A program made the translations under genes and the position numbers. The notes under the pieces were generated by a model, which saw nothing but the letters and a program-made list of their open reading frames with translations, had not been told where the DNA came from and did no database searches. A stretch of DNA of 64,000 bases, from assembly GCA_965285935.1 (NCBI GenBank), contig OZ260661.1, forward strand, positions 144,026,001 through 144,090,000, given 5' to 3'. Below are positions 26,983 to 38,306 of the stretch, one piece after another (positions within the stretch are counted from its first letter, which is position 1; each line of letters opens with the position of its first letter). This DNA comes from Ophelia neglecta. Its lineage: Eukaryota.

Positions 26983-27660
26983 ATGACAGAGGAAACTTCG
27001 AGCCACAGCGAACTTACAGCCTTCAAAGAGGAAATTGTAAAAGATATAGTCGCAGCGGTATCTAAGAAGATAAGGCTGACCAAACCGGACACACCAAGTC
27101 TGCAGTGGAAACGACCAGGCCATAAAAAGCAGTTTGATTTCAACACTTCCATCAAGTCGTCACTCGTGGAAGCAAAAGAAGCCATTTTGGCCCAAGACCC
27201 GGACACCGCCAATGAGCTCATAACCGAAGGTATCACAAATATTGTTCAACGAAATAAACTCCTTCGCATAGCTGACCAGACCCCAAACGGCTGGGACGTC
27301 GTAGAGGAATATTCCAACCGTCCTATCGCCGAGGATTCCGACGACGACCGAAAACTACGAAAAGCAGAAAGCGTAGTTAGAAAAAGGAAAGAATACGAAA
27401 GGAAGAAAAGTAGCTACGCACGCAACTACTCGGCAAGACCCTATTACCAGCGCTTCCAACCACCTTTTAGACCTCCTTACTTTGGCTCTCCGAGCACACG
27501 GCCGTACCCGACCTTCCCAAGGGCGTTTCCTCCGACCACCAGATTCCCGCAGGCAACTGACGTGTGCCATTTCTGCGGGGCCCTCGGGCATTGGCAATCA
27601 CGCTGCCCAAAACGACTCGCTTCCCTCTCCGAAGCCGCCGAAAAAAGGGGCCAAAATTAG
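26983..27660 (+). CDS. Gag-like ORF of the YR retrotransposon (225 aa)
   Basis: RNKLLRIADQTPNGWDVVEEY...AEDSDDDRKLRKAE motif and the CCHC knuckle CHFCGALGHWQSRC. Confidence 0.88.
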   Translation: MTEETSSHSELTAFKEEIVKDIVAAVSKKIRLTKPDTPSLQWKRPGHKKQFDFNTSIKSSLVEAKEAILAQDPDTANELITEGITNIVQRNKLLRIADQTPNGWDVVEEYSNRPIAEDSDDDRKLRKAESVVRKRKEYERKKSSYARNYSARPYYQRFQPPFRPPYFGSPSTRPYPTFPRAFPPTTRFPQATDVCHFCGALGHWQSRCPKRLASLSEAAEKRGQN

Positions 27661-27722
27661 CGCAAAAAGTTAAGTAGAAAACTTTTTATCATATTAAATT
27701 AACAAGCGCTATATAATTTAAC

Positions 27723-28467
27723 ATGACCGAACCACCACAAACCGGTAGCTCGGCATTGTGCACAAGTGATTTTTCCAACTATGAAAAAACAAATCGCCCC
27801 ATATCTGTCAAAGGTAGATTAAAACAAAATATAGAATTTTGGAAGTCGATCAAGGCTTCTAAAGAAATTCTCAAAGTTTTAGAGTCCGGTTACATAGTTC
27901 CTTTTGTTAGTACTCCCCCTCCTAATAACTTAAAAAACAACAGATCGAGCCAAATAGAACCGACCTTCGTGCGGCAAACAATACGCGATTTGCTTGAAAC
28001 CGGCGCCATTATTAACATGCAGCACCCGCCCAAAGTGCTCAATCCTCTCACGGTCGCAACTAACAACAGCGGCAAGAAAAGACTCGTGCTTGACCTCCGA
28101 CACATCAACAAATTCGTATATAAGAGAACCTTCAAATACGAAGACATGTACACGGCCCTTACATACGTCAAGAAGGGTTCCTACATGTATACTTTCGACT
28201 TAAAATCCGGATACCACCATATAGATCTAGCAAAAACCCAATGGGAATATTTCGGCTTTAGCTACCCAAACAGCGACGGTAAGACAAAATTTTACGTGTT
28301 CACCGTCCTTCCCTTTGGCCTATGTTCAGCCGGCTTAATTTTTTCCAAAGTAGTGCGAGAACTGGTTAAACACTGGCGATCCACCGGTTTGCAAATAGTA
28401 ACAAATCCCTCTTCGGTTCAAAAAACAACACCGGGCATTCCATGGCATTACTACTAGATTTCAGATA
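27723..28467 (+). pseudogene. Truncated DIRS-type reverse transcriptase (pol internal deletion)
   Basis: KKRLVLDLRHIN, FDLKSGYHH and FTVLPFGLCSA are present. Homology stops at WRSTGLQIV (about 28400), just before the expected YxDD. A pol-like tail KSLFGSKNNTGHSMALLLDFR* follows in another frame. Confidence 0.85.
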
Positions 28468-28645
28468 GGCCTATAAGCCGGTAAGTAAAAAACAGCTCGG
28501 ACACTTGTCAGGTTTATCCAAACGAGCACTAGACCAAAAGCCAAAGGGAGATATGTTATAACACCATTAACTATAAGAACAGCCAAAAGGCCGCCAAACC
28601 TTACCAAGGCTCAAAATAATTAAAAAACGTGGTCTTCTGAAATAT

Positions 28646-28854
28646 ACGGACACGACTCAGGATCGTGGTCCTTTATAACAGACGGACACGACTCAGGATC
28701 GTGGTCCTGTATATCAGACGGACACGACTCAGGATCGTGGTCCTTTTTTATTAGACGGACACGACTCAGGATCGTGATCCTTTATAACAGACGGACACGA
28801 CTCAGGATCGTGGTCCTTTTTTAGTAGACGGACACGACTCAGGATCGTGGTCCT
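28646..28854 (+). repeat. Six-copy 36-37-bp hairpin repeat array inside the YR element
   Basis: ACGGACACGACTCAGGATCGTGGTCCT at 28646, 28682, 28718, 28755, 28791 and 28828, with 9-10-bp AT-rich linkers. Confidence 0.95.
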
Positions 28855-28974
28855 TTGTAACATCTAAATACAATTCAAGCTAATAGTTATCTTAAAACGC
28901 CCACCTGCCTTCACTTCACTATACCGATCGCTTATATTATATACTATGATATTAAATTATTTTTTTCTCCACAG

Positions 28975-29993
28975 AAATACTAAGGCGGCCTAAGGACGAA
29001 TTCAAAAATTTAAAGGATACTAAACTAAAAGACATCGCATCCACTTTGCCCGACGTACTTCTAGCCGGCAAGGCGCCAAACACCATAAAATCCTACGGAG
29101 GAGGGTTTCACCGGTTCAAAAACTGGACAAAGAATTTCACGGAGCTCAGTTACCTCCCTGCAAACAGCACCTCTATAACTCTTTACCTGCTCGCCCTGGT
29201 ACAAGAAGGAAAATCCCCAGGAGTGCTACAAAACGCCTTTGCATCAATAGCTTGGGCACACAAGTTAGCATGTCTACCAGACCCTACTCAAAATACAACC
29301 ACTAAGCTCGTACTAGAAGCCGGCAGGCGTATCAACGGGAAGCCGGTCGAAAAGAAAGACATCGTCACCCCAGAAATTTTGCAAAAAATCGTAGCACTAA
29401 GCGGAAAAAATATGAATAATACGCTCGCCCTAAGAACAGCCGCTATGTGTCTCGTAGCCTTCGCAGGTTTCCTCCGTTTCAACGAGCTAGCCAATCTTAG
29501 AAGATGCGACATCGCCTTTTTCGACACGTACATGTCACTATTCATCGAACACTCCAAAACTGACATTTATAGGGATGGAAAAACCCTAGTCATATCCAGG
29601 ACCAACACAGATTTATGTCCAGTCAATTTACTGTATCTTTATTTCACCAGAGTAGGCCTTAACATATCAGTTGAATCCGATGAGTTCATTTTCAGAGCAA
29701 TGAGTTTTTGCAAACGGAGCGGTCAGTACAGGCTCAGAAGCGGGTCCCGGCCACTCTCATACTCGACCGTCAGGGACCTTTTTAAACAATCTCTTTCTTT
29801 AGCAGGTTTCGAAGCAAAGAATTTCGGCCTACATTCCCTAAGAGCAGGCGGCGCTTCGGCCGCCGCTAACAACGGCATCACCGAGCGCATGTTCAAACGG
29901 CACGGCAGATGGCGGTCGGAATCCGCCAAGGACGGCTACGTGAAGGACAAACTAGAATCCAGATTAAACGTAACTCTATCGCTGGGCCTTTAG
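28975..29993 (+). CDS. Tyrosine recombinase exon, intact
   Basis: Catalytic residues in FLRFNE, SKTD, HSLRAGGA, HGRW and DGY. The frame is open back to the acceptor TTTTTTTCTCCACAG at 28974; no ATG at the start. Confidence 0.92.
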
Positions 29994-31218
29994 GAAAAAG
30001 CACATGGCCTGGCAAATACCCCGCCCTATCTCTCATTTGTAGTAAACGAAGATTAAATTTAAATTTCCGCCGAATTGAATTCCTCCCCATGTATTAGTCA
30101 AGGCTTTCGTGGTATTAAAAAATAAAGCATTCTTTAACAAATACTATTCATTTCCTTCTTACAGATCTCCAGCAGAAGCCAGAATGGGAAACGAAATAAA
30201 AATTTGCCCACTATCATTCAGGTCTCAACCACGGGCAGTTTGTCTCGGTCTTTATGATCTCGGCAGCCACACTCTGGTCAAGCCATACCAACAGTTGGTC
30301 TCACTAAATTACTTTTAACACGATGAGTCTGGCGACAATAATTAAAAATTATTTTCGTTTGAAGTATGAATTAGAAAATAATTGGTTTATTAGCACCTAG
30401 ACACATCGTCTGTATGCCCAGGTGGCAAAACCGGTCCTGTGTACCGGATTAGCGGAATGCCTGGCCGCCAGGCGACTGTTCGCTTGACCGAACACCGGTC
30501 CTGCAGGCTGCCAGGCCTGGCAGCCTGGCCAAGTCATTCTCGGTTTGACCACCAAGACGACAGCACGCTGCCCAAACTAAAAAATTAGGTTTATATCAAT
30601 CAGTTGATTAATCGTATCGAACGCGGGCAGAAAAGCAAATCATAAAGATAACCATAATAACGTACTCTTCTCATTACAGACTACTTATAAGCATCATACT
30701 AGGCCTATGACACGCAAGCGCGTATTACAGCGGCGGCTTCAATAACATCACAACTATAGGCCGCAGGCCCAGTCATTTCTCTTTTAAAGTGTTTAATTTC
30801 GATTTCATGGGCTTTTAAAAATCCAGAACCTCAGAGCATGCGCTTGATAACTGTAAAAAGGGCGTGTGGGGCTCGCTTCCCTGAATTTAGTTGGTGCCAA
30901 ACACCCCAATAGTTGGTTCATGGATCGAGATCTACACGTTCTTCAGTTATTGTAAAATTGGGTCTGGACACCTCCCCAAATTTTCCTGCTTTAGGTCAGG
31001 TTTAAGGGGTTGGGTGGCCGTGCGAATGCTAAACTTCTAAGCCCTATATTTGTTGTACGAACATTTTCGCTATCAACAGGCGTTGATTAAACGAGTACCA
31101 TTGGTTTTGAACAATCTGTACATAACGTTGCAATAAACGGCAGCCACACTCTGGTCAAGCCATACCAACAGTTGGTCTCACTAAATTACTTTTAACACGA
31201 TGAGTCTGGCGACAATAA

Positions 31219-31540
31219 AAGTCTATATACAGACCTAAACGGCTGTCAACTCCCAATACAAGTCTATATTCATACCCCAACGCCTGTCAACTAATGAAAG
31301 TCTACATACACAACTCAACGCCTGGCAACTCTCAATACAAGTCTATATACAGACTCCAACGGCTGCCAACTCCCAATACAAGTCTATGTACAGACCACAA
31401 CGCCTGCCAACTCTCAATACCAGTCTATATTCAGACCCCAACGCCTGTCAACTCTCAATGAAAGTCTACAAACACAACTTAGCGCCTGGCAACTCTCAAT
31501 ACAAGTCTATATAGGCTCCAACGCAATTCAACTCCCAACA
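31219..31540. repeat. About 39-40-bp satellite, second block (about 8 units)
   Basis: Same unit as 26633-26733; resumes exactly where the YR element interrupts it. Confidence 0.9.
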
Positions 31541-31851
31541 CCAGTTTGGAGACCGAGCGTTGTGGTGTAAACGACGTTCCCAACTAACGTGTCCTGGATT
31601 GATTATATCAATTTGGTTAAACTAAAATAAACACTTAAAGAAATACTTGGGAATTAATGTTTAAAATTCTAATAAGAGTGGGGATATTCGTTTTGAATGG
31701 TTTTGGTATGAATGCTGGACAATTCGTTGCCTCAGAAGACACGTGATATTTGGATGTTTATACGAATTCAGGTAGATTTCACTGTATTTTTTCTGTGAAA
31801 GTTAGTTAAATGGGTACTCTAGGAAGAAACAGTGTTTGCTTCTCATAAGTT

Positions 31852-31977
31852 ATGCAATCACCCAAGATAATTAGCAGAATTAATACGCTGTTCTAGGGTT
31901 TCAAAACTAATCATTACACAGCTCTGAAACCCTAGAACAGCGTATTAATTGTCCTAATTATCTTGGGCGATTGCATG
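31852..31977. repeat. Long palindrome/hairpin within a dispersed repeat
   Basis: TGCAATCACCCAAGATAATTAGCAGAATTAATACGCTGTTCTAGGGTTTCA ... TGAAACCCTAGAACAGCGTATTAATTGTCCTAATTATCTTGGGCGATTGCA (arms of about 50 bp); an inverted partial copy lies at 37321-37450. Confidence 0.9.
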
Positions 31978-32098
31978 GACGTGATTAGTTGTCCATCATA
32001 TTAGTTGTCCTTCAGATCTTCTTTTTCAATTGATTAACATGTTGCCTTTTTTTTTTTTTATTATATATATTTTATTAGAAATAAAAACAACCATGCTT

Positions 32099-35000
32099 TT
32101 AACAGTCGTAGCCCTTACATACCCACATGGTCAGGGGGTTTGAGGCTATAGTGATATTTCTAATTTTTTTCTCATTTTCATAACAGATAGACAGGTTTCC
32201 TGAATTCCCATACTTAAATTTAGTAATGCAAAGCTTCCCAATGAAAAGGAGTGCATTAACAAGTTTATATGAATTACGTGTACATTTTTCTTCGGGTATT
32301 CCGAACAGAATTTCGACCTCACTTAATTTAATGCGTTGTACATTTGTTAACATAATGTCGGTTTCTACAGTTTTCCATAATACAGTTACAGACTTGCAAA
32401 AGTAAAAAAAGTGATCAATAGTCTCCGTTTGGTTACAATATTTACATGTATCATGATCCTGTATTTTTATCTGTTTTAGATATGTACCTACAGGATAAAT
32501 TTCTAAAATGATTTTCCACTGCAACGTAACTATTTTAGGTTCTCCATTAGATGACAGTATGGCTCTTTCTAAAGTTTCTGGACAATTACTAACAGCGCCA
32601 TATTTTTCATAGTAACGTTTTGACAATATAACCCCTTCACATGGATAAATCAGATGCAGAATAGCCGTCTTCATCATCGATGAAGTATATTGTTCTATGT
32701 TAACACCACATAGCTGTATATCTTTAATGTTTATTGCATCTTCCACCTTACATAAATTTGTCTCAGTTAGAGCATTGCGGACTATATTCAGTTCCCACTG
32801 AGTACTACTATTGTCACCAAATACACTATATATTTTTTCATAATTGAGCACATTATTCTGTATTATATCATGGACGTATAAAAATCCATTTTGGATCCAC
32901 CGCCTTACAAAAATAGGGGAACCTCGGTACGTGATACATTTGTTGTTAAAAAGATAACATGTAGTTTTGTCTGTATCAACATGGTTTGTATCAATCCAGT
33001 CGAACAGAAGAATTTTCCAAAATGAGGGAATATAATCCACAGAATTCATCCCCCTGAATCCGGATGAAACAGTATTACAGTTAAACACGCTCAAGTTGTT
33101 ACCAAAATGTGCATAAAAAGAATTGGGTATAATTTTCCATAGTTCATCACCTTCACGTAAAAGCTTAGTAATCCATTTAAACTGAAATTGGGTTTGAATA
33201 ATTTTCAGATCAGGCATGCCAGGTCCACCTTTGTTAACCGCCTGGATTACTATTCTTCGTTTAACCCTCTCTGTAACCTTCTTGCCACTAAGACTGTTCT
33301 CGGACCTAAGAAATTTAAAGAAAAATGAATTGATTTTGTTTAGAACTTCGTTTGGATATCTAATGCACTGCATAATATATGTAAATTGGGAAGCTAGTAG
33401 GGATTTAATTATGACAACTTTCCCATACATTGTCAAATGTCGTTTGGACCAGTTTTTAATTATATTTTCACACACTCCCAATCGTTTAGTCCAGTTATCG
33501 TCACATCTACCTGCCACAGTAGAGCTACTTAACGTTACACCAAGGATTTTGACAAGATTATTAGGATATATTTTCCATTTTATGTTTTCGATTTCTTTTC
33601 GACGGTACTTCCAACAGCCGAGCCACATGGCTTCTGTTTTGGATTTATTCAGCTGCAAACCGGATATAATATGAAAACTGTGTATATATTTTAGAAAAAA
33701 TTGTAGAGATTCTTCGTCCGCCAGAAGGCCTGTGCTGTCATCAGCAAATTGGAGCAGTTTCGCTTCTCTTTCAAACATTGGCAGTTTAATGCCTTTATTT
33801 TATCACATTTCCGTATTTTAATTGAACAAATTTCTAAGGCCAAAATAAATAATACTGGTGACAAGGGACATCCCTGCCTGATACCTCTTTCGAGGGGTAT
33901 AATCTTTGTGAACCATCCGTTATTTATGACTTTAGCTACATTGTAACTGGTTAATGTCTTCACCCATCCTATGAACATTTGCGCAAAATTGAACTTATGA
34001 AGACACGTCAGCATAAAAGATTTTGAAATAGTGTCGAATGCTTTCTTATAGTCGATAGCTACTAATATACCAGGGAGCTGCTTGATGTCTAGATATTCTA
34101 TAATGTCATCGAGACCTCTAATAACATTTCCCGATGATCTTCCTTTGATATAGCCCGCTTGATCTGTTGATATCAATTTATTAATGACTTGGGAAAGGCG
34201 CGTTGCTAGTATTTTGGCAGAGATTTTATAGTCAATGGTTGAAAGTGCTAGAGGCCTCCAATTACTCAATTGTTCTCGTGGCTGATTTTTTCCTTTATAG
34301 AGCAATCTGACTATGCTTAACCTTTGACTAGGTGATAAAAAGCCCTTTTGGTAACCAATATTGAGTGAATCTCTCACAATCGGCCCTAATACTCCCCAAA
34401 TCACCTTATACCATGCCGCAGTTAAGCCATCTGCCCCTGGGCTTGAATCGTTCTTCATAGCGCGAAGCGCTTCTGAACATTCCCTAAGTGTAAAAAGACC
34501 CTCACATGATTCTTTTTCTATATCATTTAGTATAGGTATTGGAAGGTTTTCAATAAACTTATTTAAAGTTTCGTTCGGGAAATTATTCGGTTCTGTATAC
34601 AGGTCTTTATAAAACAATTCAATATGATTCAAAATTTCAGTGCGGTTTGTAACTTTATGGTCATCACTTTTAGCCAGAATTTCTATGTTGTTACTATTTC
34701 CCCGAGCTTTCTCTAGGCCTAGAAAATATTTAGTATTCTTCTCCCCTTCCATAACCCATTTTTCTTTTGACCGTAACTGGGCACCCTTTGCTCTCATAAT
34801 TTCTGTTATCTCTATTTGAGACTTAATGTCATTTAAATGTTGTATTATTACTTCATCATTTGGTTTTTCTAAGAGTTTTTTATTATATACAACCATATCT
34901 ACCTGCAACTTCTTTTCGACTTGTTTTTGTGTAGCCGCTCTTGATAGGCCGTATTTTTGAGACTCATCATTTACTTTACGTTTTATTATTTCCAGAAGAA

Positions 35001-35850
35001 GGTCTGGCGGGGTTCCGTCATTTTCTGAAATGACGTTTGCTAACAGCTCGTTTATTATATCTATAAATTGATTTTCCCTAAGGAAGGAGTTATTTAATTT
35101 CCAATAGGATGGTCCTCTTTTTTGTTTGTTACATGCATATCTCATGAAAACGCCCCTATGATCAGTCATGGGTAAATCCATGATTCCTATGTCATTAATT
35201 TCACCCAATGTTATTTCATTAGCAAATTTATAGTCTATTCTGCGAATTATGTAACATGATTTGTGCCGCCAAGTGTACTCTTTAGTATCAGGATGAAAGC
35301 TTCTAAAAACATCCTCTAGCCGTTCGACCATACCTCTAAATGCTGTAACCTCACTTGTAGGGTGGTTGTTTCCCCCGATTATATCCAGTTTTGGCTGCAA
35401 CGTGCAATTAAAGTCCCCAACTACAATTATTCTACAATCAGGGTAAGTGTCTAAGACTCTCGCAAAATGATCTTTTACCACATTGAAAAAAATTAGTTTC
35501 TGGGCAGTTGGACACGGTGCATAAACATTAATAAGTACATGACATACATTTTCATAATCAAACTTAATAGCCAGTAGCCTGCTTTCTGATATAATTTCAA
35601 CACAATTCTGGCAAGACTCGTAGAATTGGGCACTAAGTAATATCATCTCACCTTTACTATGAGTTGAACCAGCCACATAAAACACTTTACCTTTCTATCT
35701 AGATTCAATGTCGGGTATGTCCTGTTCAATTATGTGAGTTTCCTGAAGGAATACCACATCAAAATGTTGTTGCACAAGCGCTCTCAATATAACAGCACGC
35801 TTAATTTTCCTTTTCAGTCCGTTCACATTGATTGTAATAATATTAACCAT
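32099..35850 (-). pseudogene. LINE ORF2 (APE endonuclease, RT, C-terminal Cys/His domain) with two lesions
   Basis: MVNIITINVNGL...FLQETH from the ATG at 35850; TAG at 35697-35695; VYAP, GDFN, RIDY, TDH; NWRPLAL, IDYKKAFD, RQGCPLSP; frameshift near 33780; QFADDST; CKYCNQTETIDHFFYFC. Confidence 0.92.
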
Positions 35851-35957
35851 TCATTCAGAGTTTATTCAAGCTCAAATGATCAAGTGGCAATTATACATAA
35901 AACCATTATGATAAGATTTTTCATCGAATCGGATGGTCAGGGTTGAAAGTTGCAGCA

Positions 35958-36518
35958 TCATCCTTTAGCTACCTTTTCTTTTTTATTATTATCACGCATG
36001 GGTGGTGTTACATCTTTCCTCTTGCTTTGTGTTTTTCCAGGCTTAGGAGTGGATATATATCCAGTTATTTCTGGCTGTGTGTTGTCTTTTTTCTGGGTCT
36101 TGAGGTTTTTTTTCTCAGCTTTGGTAAGTTTCTTTTTCTCTAATTTACCGGCGCCTATAACATCAGATTTAGCAGGGACTTTGTCATGTGGTCCGTTCTC
36201 GGCAGAACTGATAAGACCATTCTCATCCTTGTCGGAGAGCTCAGCAGCGTGGTTGTTATCTATATCAATCGATTCATTCTCATCGCTACTGCTATCCTCC
36301 TTCGTTGAAGTTATGGAGGCTCTATCATCTTGAGTTTTGCTGCTTTCCACACGATCTAGGGAATCATGGACAGACTCGTTAGGCTCCTGTAGTATATTTG
36401 TGTTTTCTTGGTTGCTATTGGGAACAGGGGCAGTTTGAGGAAGGTTGTTTGCTTGATCAGGGATAGCAGAGACATTCATGGTTGTTTGCCGGGATGGACA
36501 CTCTAGAAGGGAATGACC
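35958..36518 (-). pseudogene. C-terminal, low-complexity part of LINE ORF1
   Basis: Open acidic/Lys-rich frame ending KRKDVTPP...KG* just upstream of ORF2; the track's start at 36572 lies outside the TSD. Confidence 0.7.
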
Positions 36519-36774
36519 ATTAACATGTTGCTCACGCATCAAGTTTCCATCGAGGCTATTTGGAGGAGCCAAGTTTCAAAATTGTTCACGGGAATCCTAT
36601 TTAGCCAGGTAGAAAGTTGGGACGTACAACGACTATTTATATAATGATTATTCTCAAAGCATTGCAACTCTAAGAACAAGTCTATATACAGACCTCAACG
36701 GCTATCAACTCTTAATACAAGTCTTTATACAAACCCCATCGCCTGTCAACTCTCAATACAAGCCTATAAACATA

Positions 36775-37680
36775 CAGTCCAGGAACCCGTAGGGGTCAGG
36801 GTAGCTGGAAAGGTAATTATATTGTTTCCAAGGGTCAATAGCACTACATGGGCAAGCTACCCTATACTACCAGACTCATAATAATGTGCACTGGTATCCC
36901 TTTCCAACTACTATACTCTGTACATTGTTATACTGGAAATAAATTGTAATCTTTAGTGATATTATTGTTAAATAAAGCTCTGAATATGAGAGGTTGGGAT
37001 GTCTGGCAGGCAGTGACAATTCATGGCACCTAAGACCATGCCAATCATTTCCGACTAGGTTTCATCAGGTTACCTCATGAACTGATCTACCTCAATTGGA
37101 GGGGGGTCATTCCAGGGTGTCTGGTGGGCAAAATCCACCACTCAAAATGTCTGGCAGTGTTCATTCATGACACCTAGGACTATGCTGAATATTTTCCACT
37201 TGGTTTCATCTGGTTACCTTCCGAGCCGGTGTAGCTCAATTTTGGGGGGCAGGATCATTCCAGGGTGTATGGCGGGCACAGCCCACCACTTATAATGTCT
37301 GGCAGTATTCATTCATGACACATGTAAACTTGATACGTGAAGAAGCATGTTAATCAATTGAAAAAGGACAACTAATATGTTGGACTACTAATCACGTCCT
37401 TGCAATCGCCCAAGATAATTAGAAGGGTTTCAGAGCTATGTAATGATTACATACAATGACACCTGGGACTATGCTGAACATTATCCACTTGGTTTCATTT
37501 GGTTACCTCACATGCCGGTCTAGCACAATTTTTGGGACCCCTTGTCAGGTCCCTCGCGACCACACCCACCATAATCAGCCCGTCCATTTCCTTAAATGGT
37601 TATCCACATAGAGCTTTGTTATATACCTGAAAATTGGTTACTGTTCCAGCTACCCTGACCCCTACGGGCTCCTGATCTAA
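36775..37680. mobile_element. MITE with TA target duplication (Tc1/mariner-like), inserted in the satellite
   Basis: Inverted repeats CAGGAACCCGTAGGGGTCAGGGTAGCTGGAA (36780) and TTCCAGCTACCCTGACCCCTACGGGCTCCTG (ends 37674); TA at 36773-36774 and 37681-37682; removal restores a satellite unit; internal repeats of about 120-150 bp. Confidence 0.8.
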
Positions 37681-38105
37681 TACCTCAACGGCTGGCAACT
37701 CTCGACACAAGTCTATATGCACACCTCAACGCCTGGCAACTCTCAATACTCTAGTTTCCAACGAGGCTATTTCGACGAGCCGAGGTTCAAATTTGGGACC
37801 TTTTGGGGTCCCGCGTTATGGTGTCACGTGGTCATATCCGATCCATTCGTTAGGGAAGCAAGCCTTGAGATATGATTGGGAATAAAATTAATCACATGAT
37901 TCTTATTTAGCCAGGTAGATAGTTGGGACGTATAATGAGTATTCTCAAATTAATCAGGATGGCTAATTTATTTGACAGACTTCATGAACATACGCATTAG
38001 TTATTCCTTAAATGCGAGCCTCTAGACTGTCTAAGTGTATGTTACAAAGCTTCTACGGGCAATGAGAACATTTACCGACTGTGCGTTTTCTACGGCCGCT
38101 GAGTA

Positions 38106-38233
38106 TGACGTCAAAATACATGTATTCTAGGTAAAGCTACTTGCTACGGGCGCGCTAGCCGAGACCGTACGCCTGGTCCATCTTGGTATATATAAAAGTA
38201 AAAACTCGACCGAGCGCACACCGCGGCTATAAA
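38106..38233 (+). promoter_or_regulatory. Putative promoter of receptor copy 2: CRE plus TATA-like boxes
   Basis: TGACGTCA at 38106-38113; TATATAAAA near 38189; TATAAA at 38228-38233. Confidence 0.45.
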
Positions 38234-38306
38234 CCGAGGAACTCCCTGAAACTCAAGCGAAAGGCACGGAAAGGTGCCTACTTGCTGGAAATTGCCGAAA
38301 TCTAAC

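Larger units (their letters stand above)
26734..31218 (+). mobile_element. Tyrosine-recombinase retrotransposon with split direct repeats (Ngaro/PAT-type, DIRS order), internally deleted
   Basis: A1 26734-26973 equals A2 30342-30581 (240 bp); B1 30261-30341 equals B2 31138-31218 (81 bp). Order A1-gag-RT-YR-B1-A2-spacer-B2; no TSD. Confidence 0.93.
32046..36518 (-). mobile_element. L1/Tx1-clade LINE, 5'-truncated within ORF1
   Basis: 13-bp TSD ATTAACATGTTGC at 32033-32045 and 36519-36531; poly(A) (T-run at 32047-32059) and AATAAA on the minus strand; ORF1 tail plus full-length ORF2. Confidence 0.93.

Noticed and set aside
28646-28854. CRISPR array
   Set aside because: Linkers are only 9-10 bp and partly repeated, there are no cas genes, and the context is a eukaryotic retrotransposon.
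29046-29993. Phage integrase or bacterial contamination
   Set aside because: It sits with gag and RT inside split direct repeats and has a spliceosomal acceptor; it is a DIRS-order recombinase.
30318-30341. Hammerhead-ribozyme-like GATGAGTC...GAC in the B repeat
   Set aside because: Lacks the CUGA and GAAA core nucleotides.
38274-38306. GTG start used by the ORF track
   Set aside because: The ATG at 38307 has good Kozak context and directly precedes the signal-peptide-like segment.
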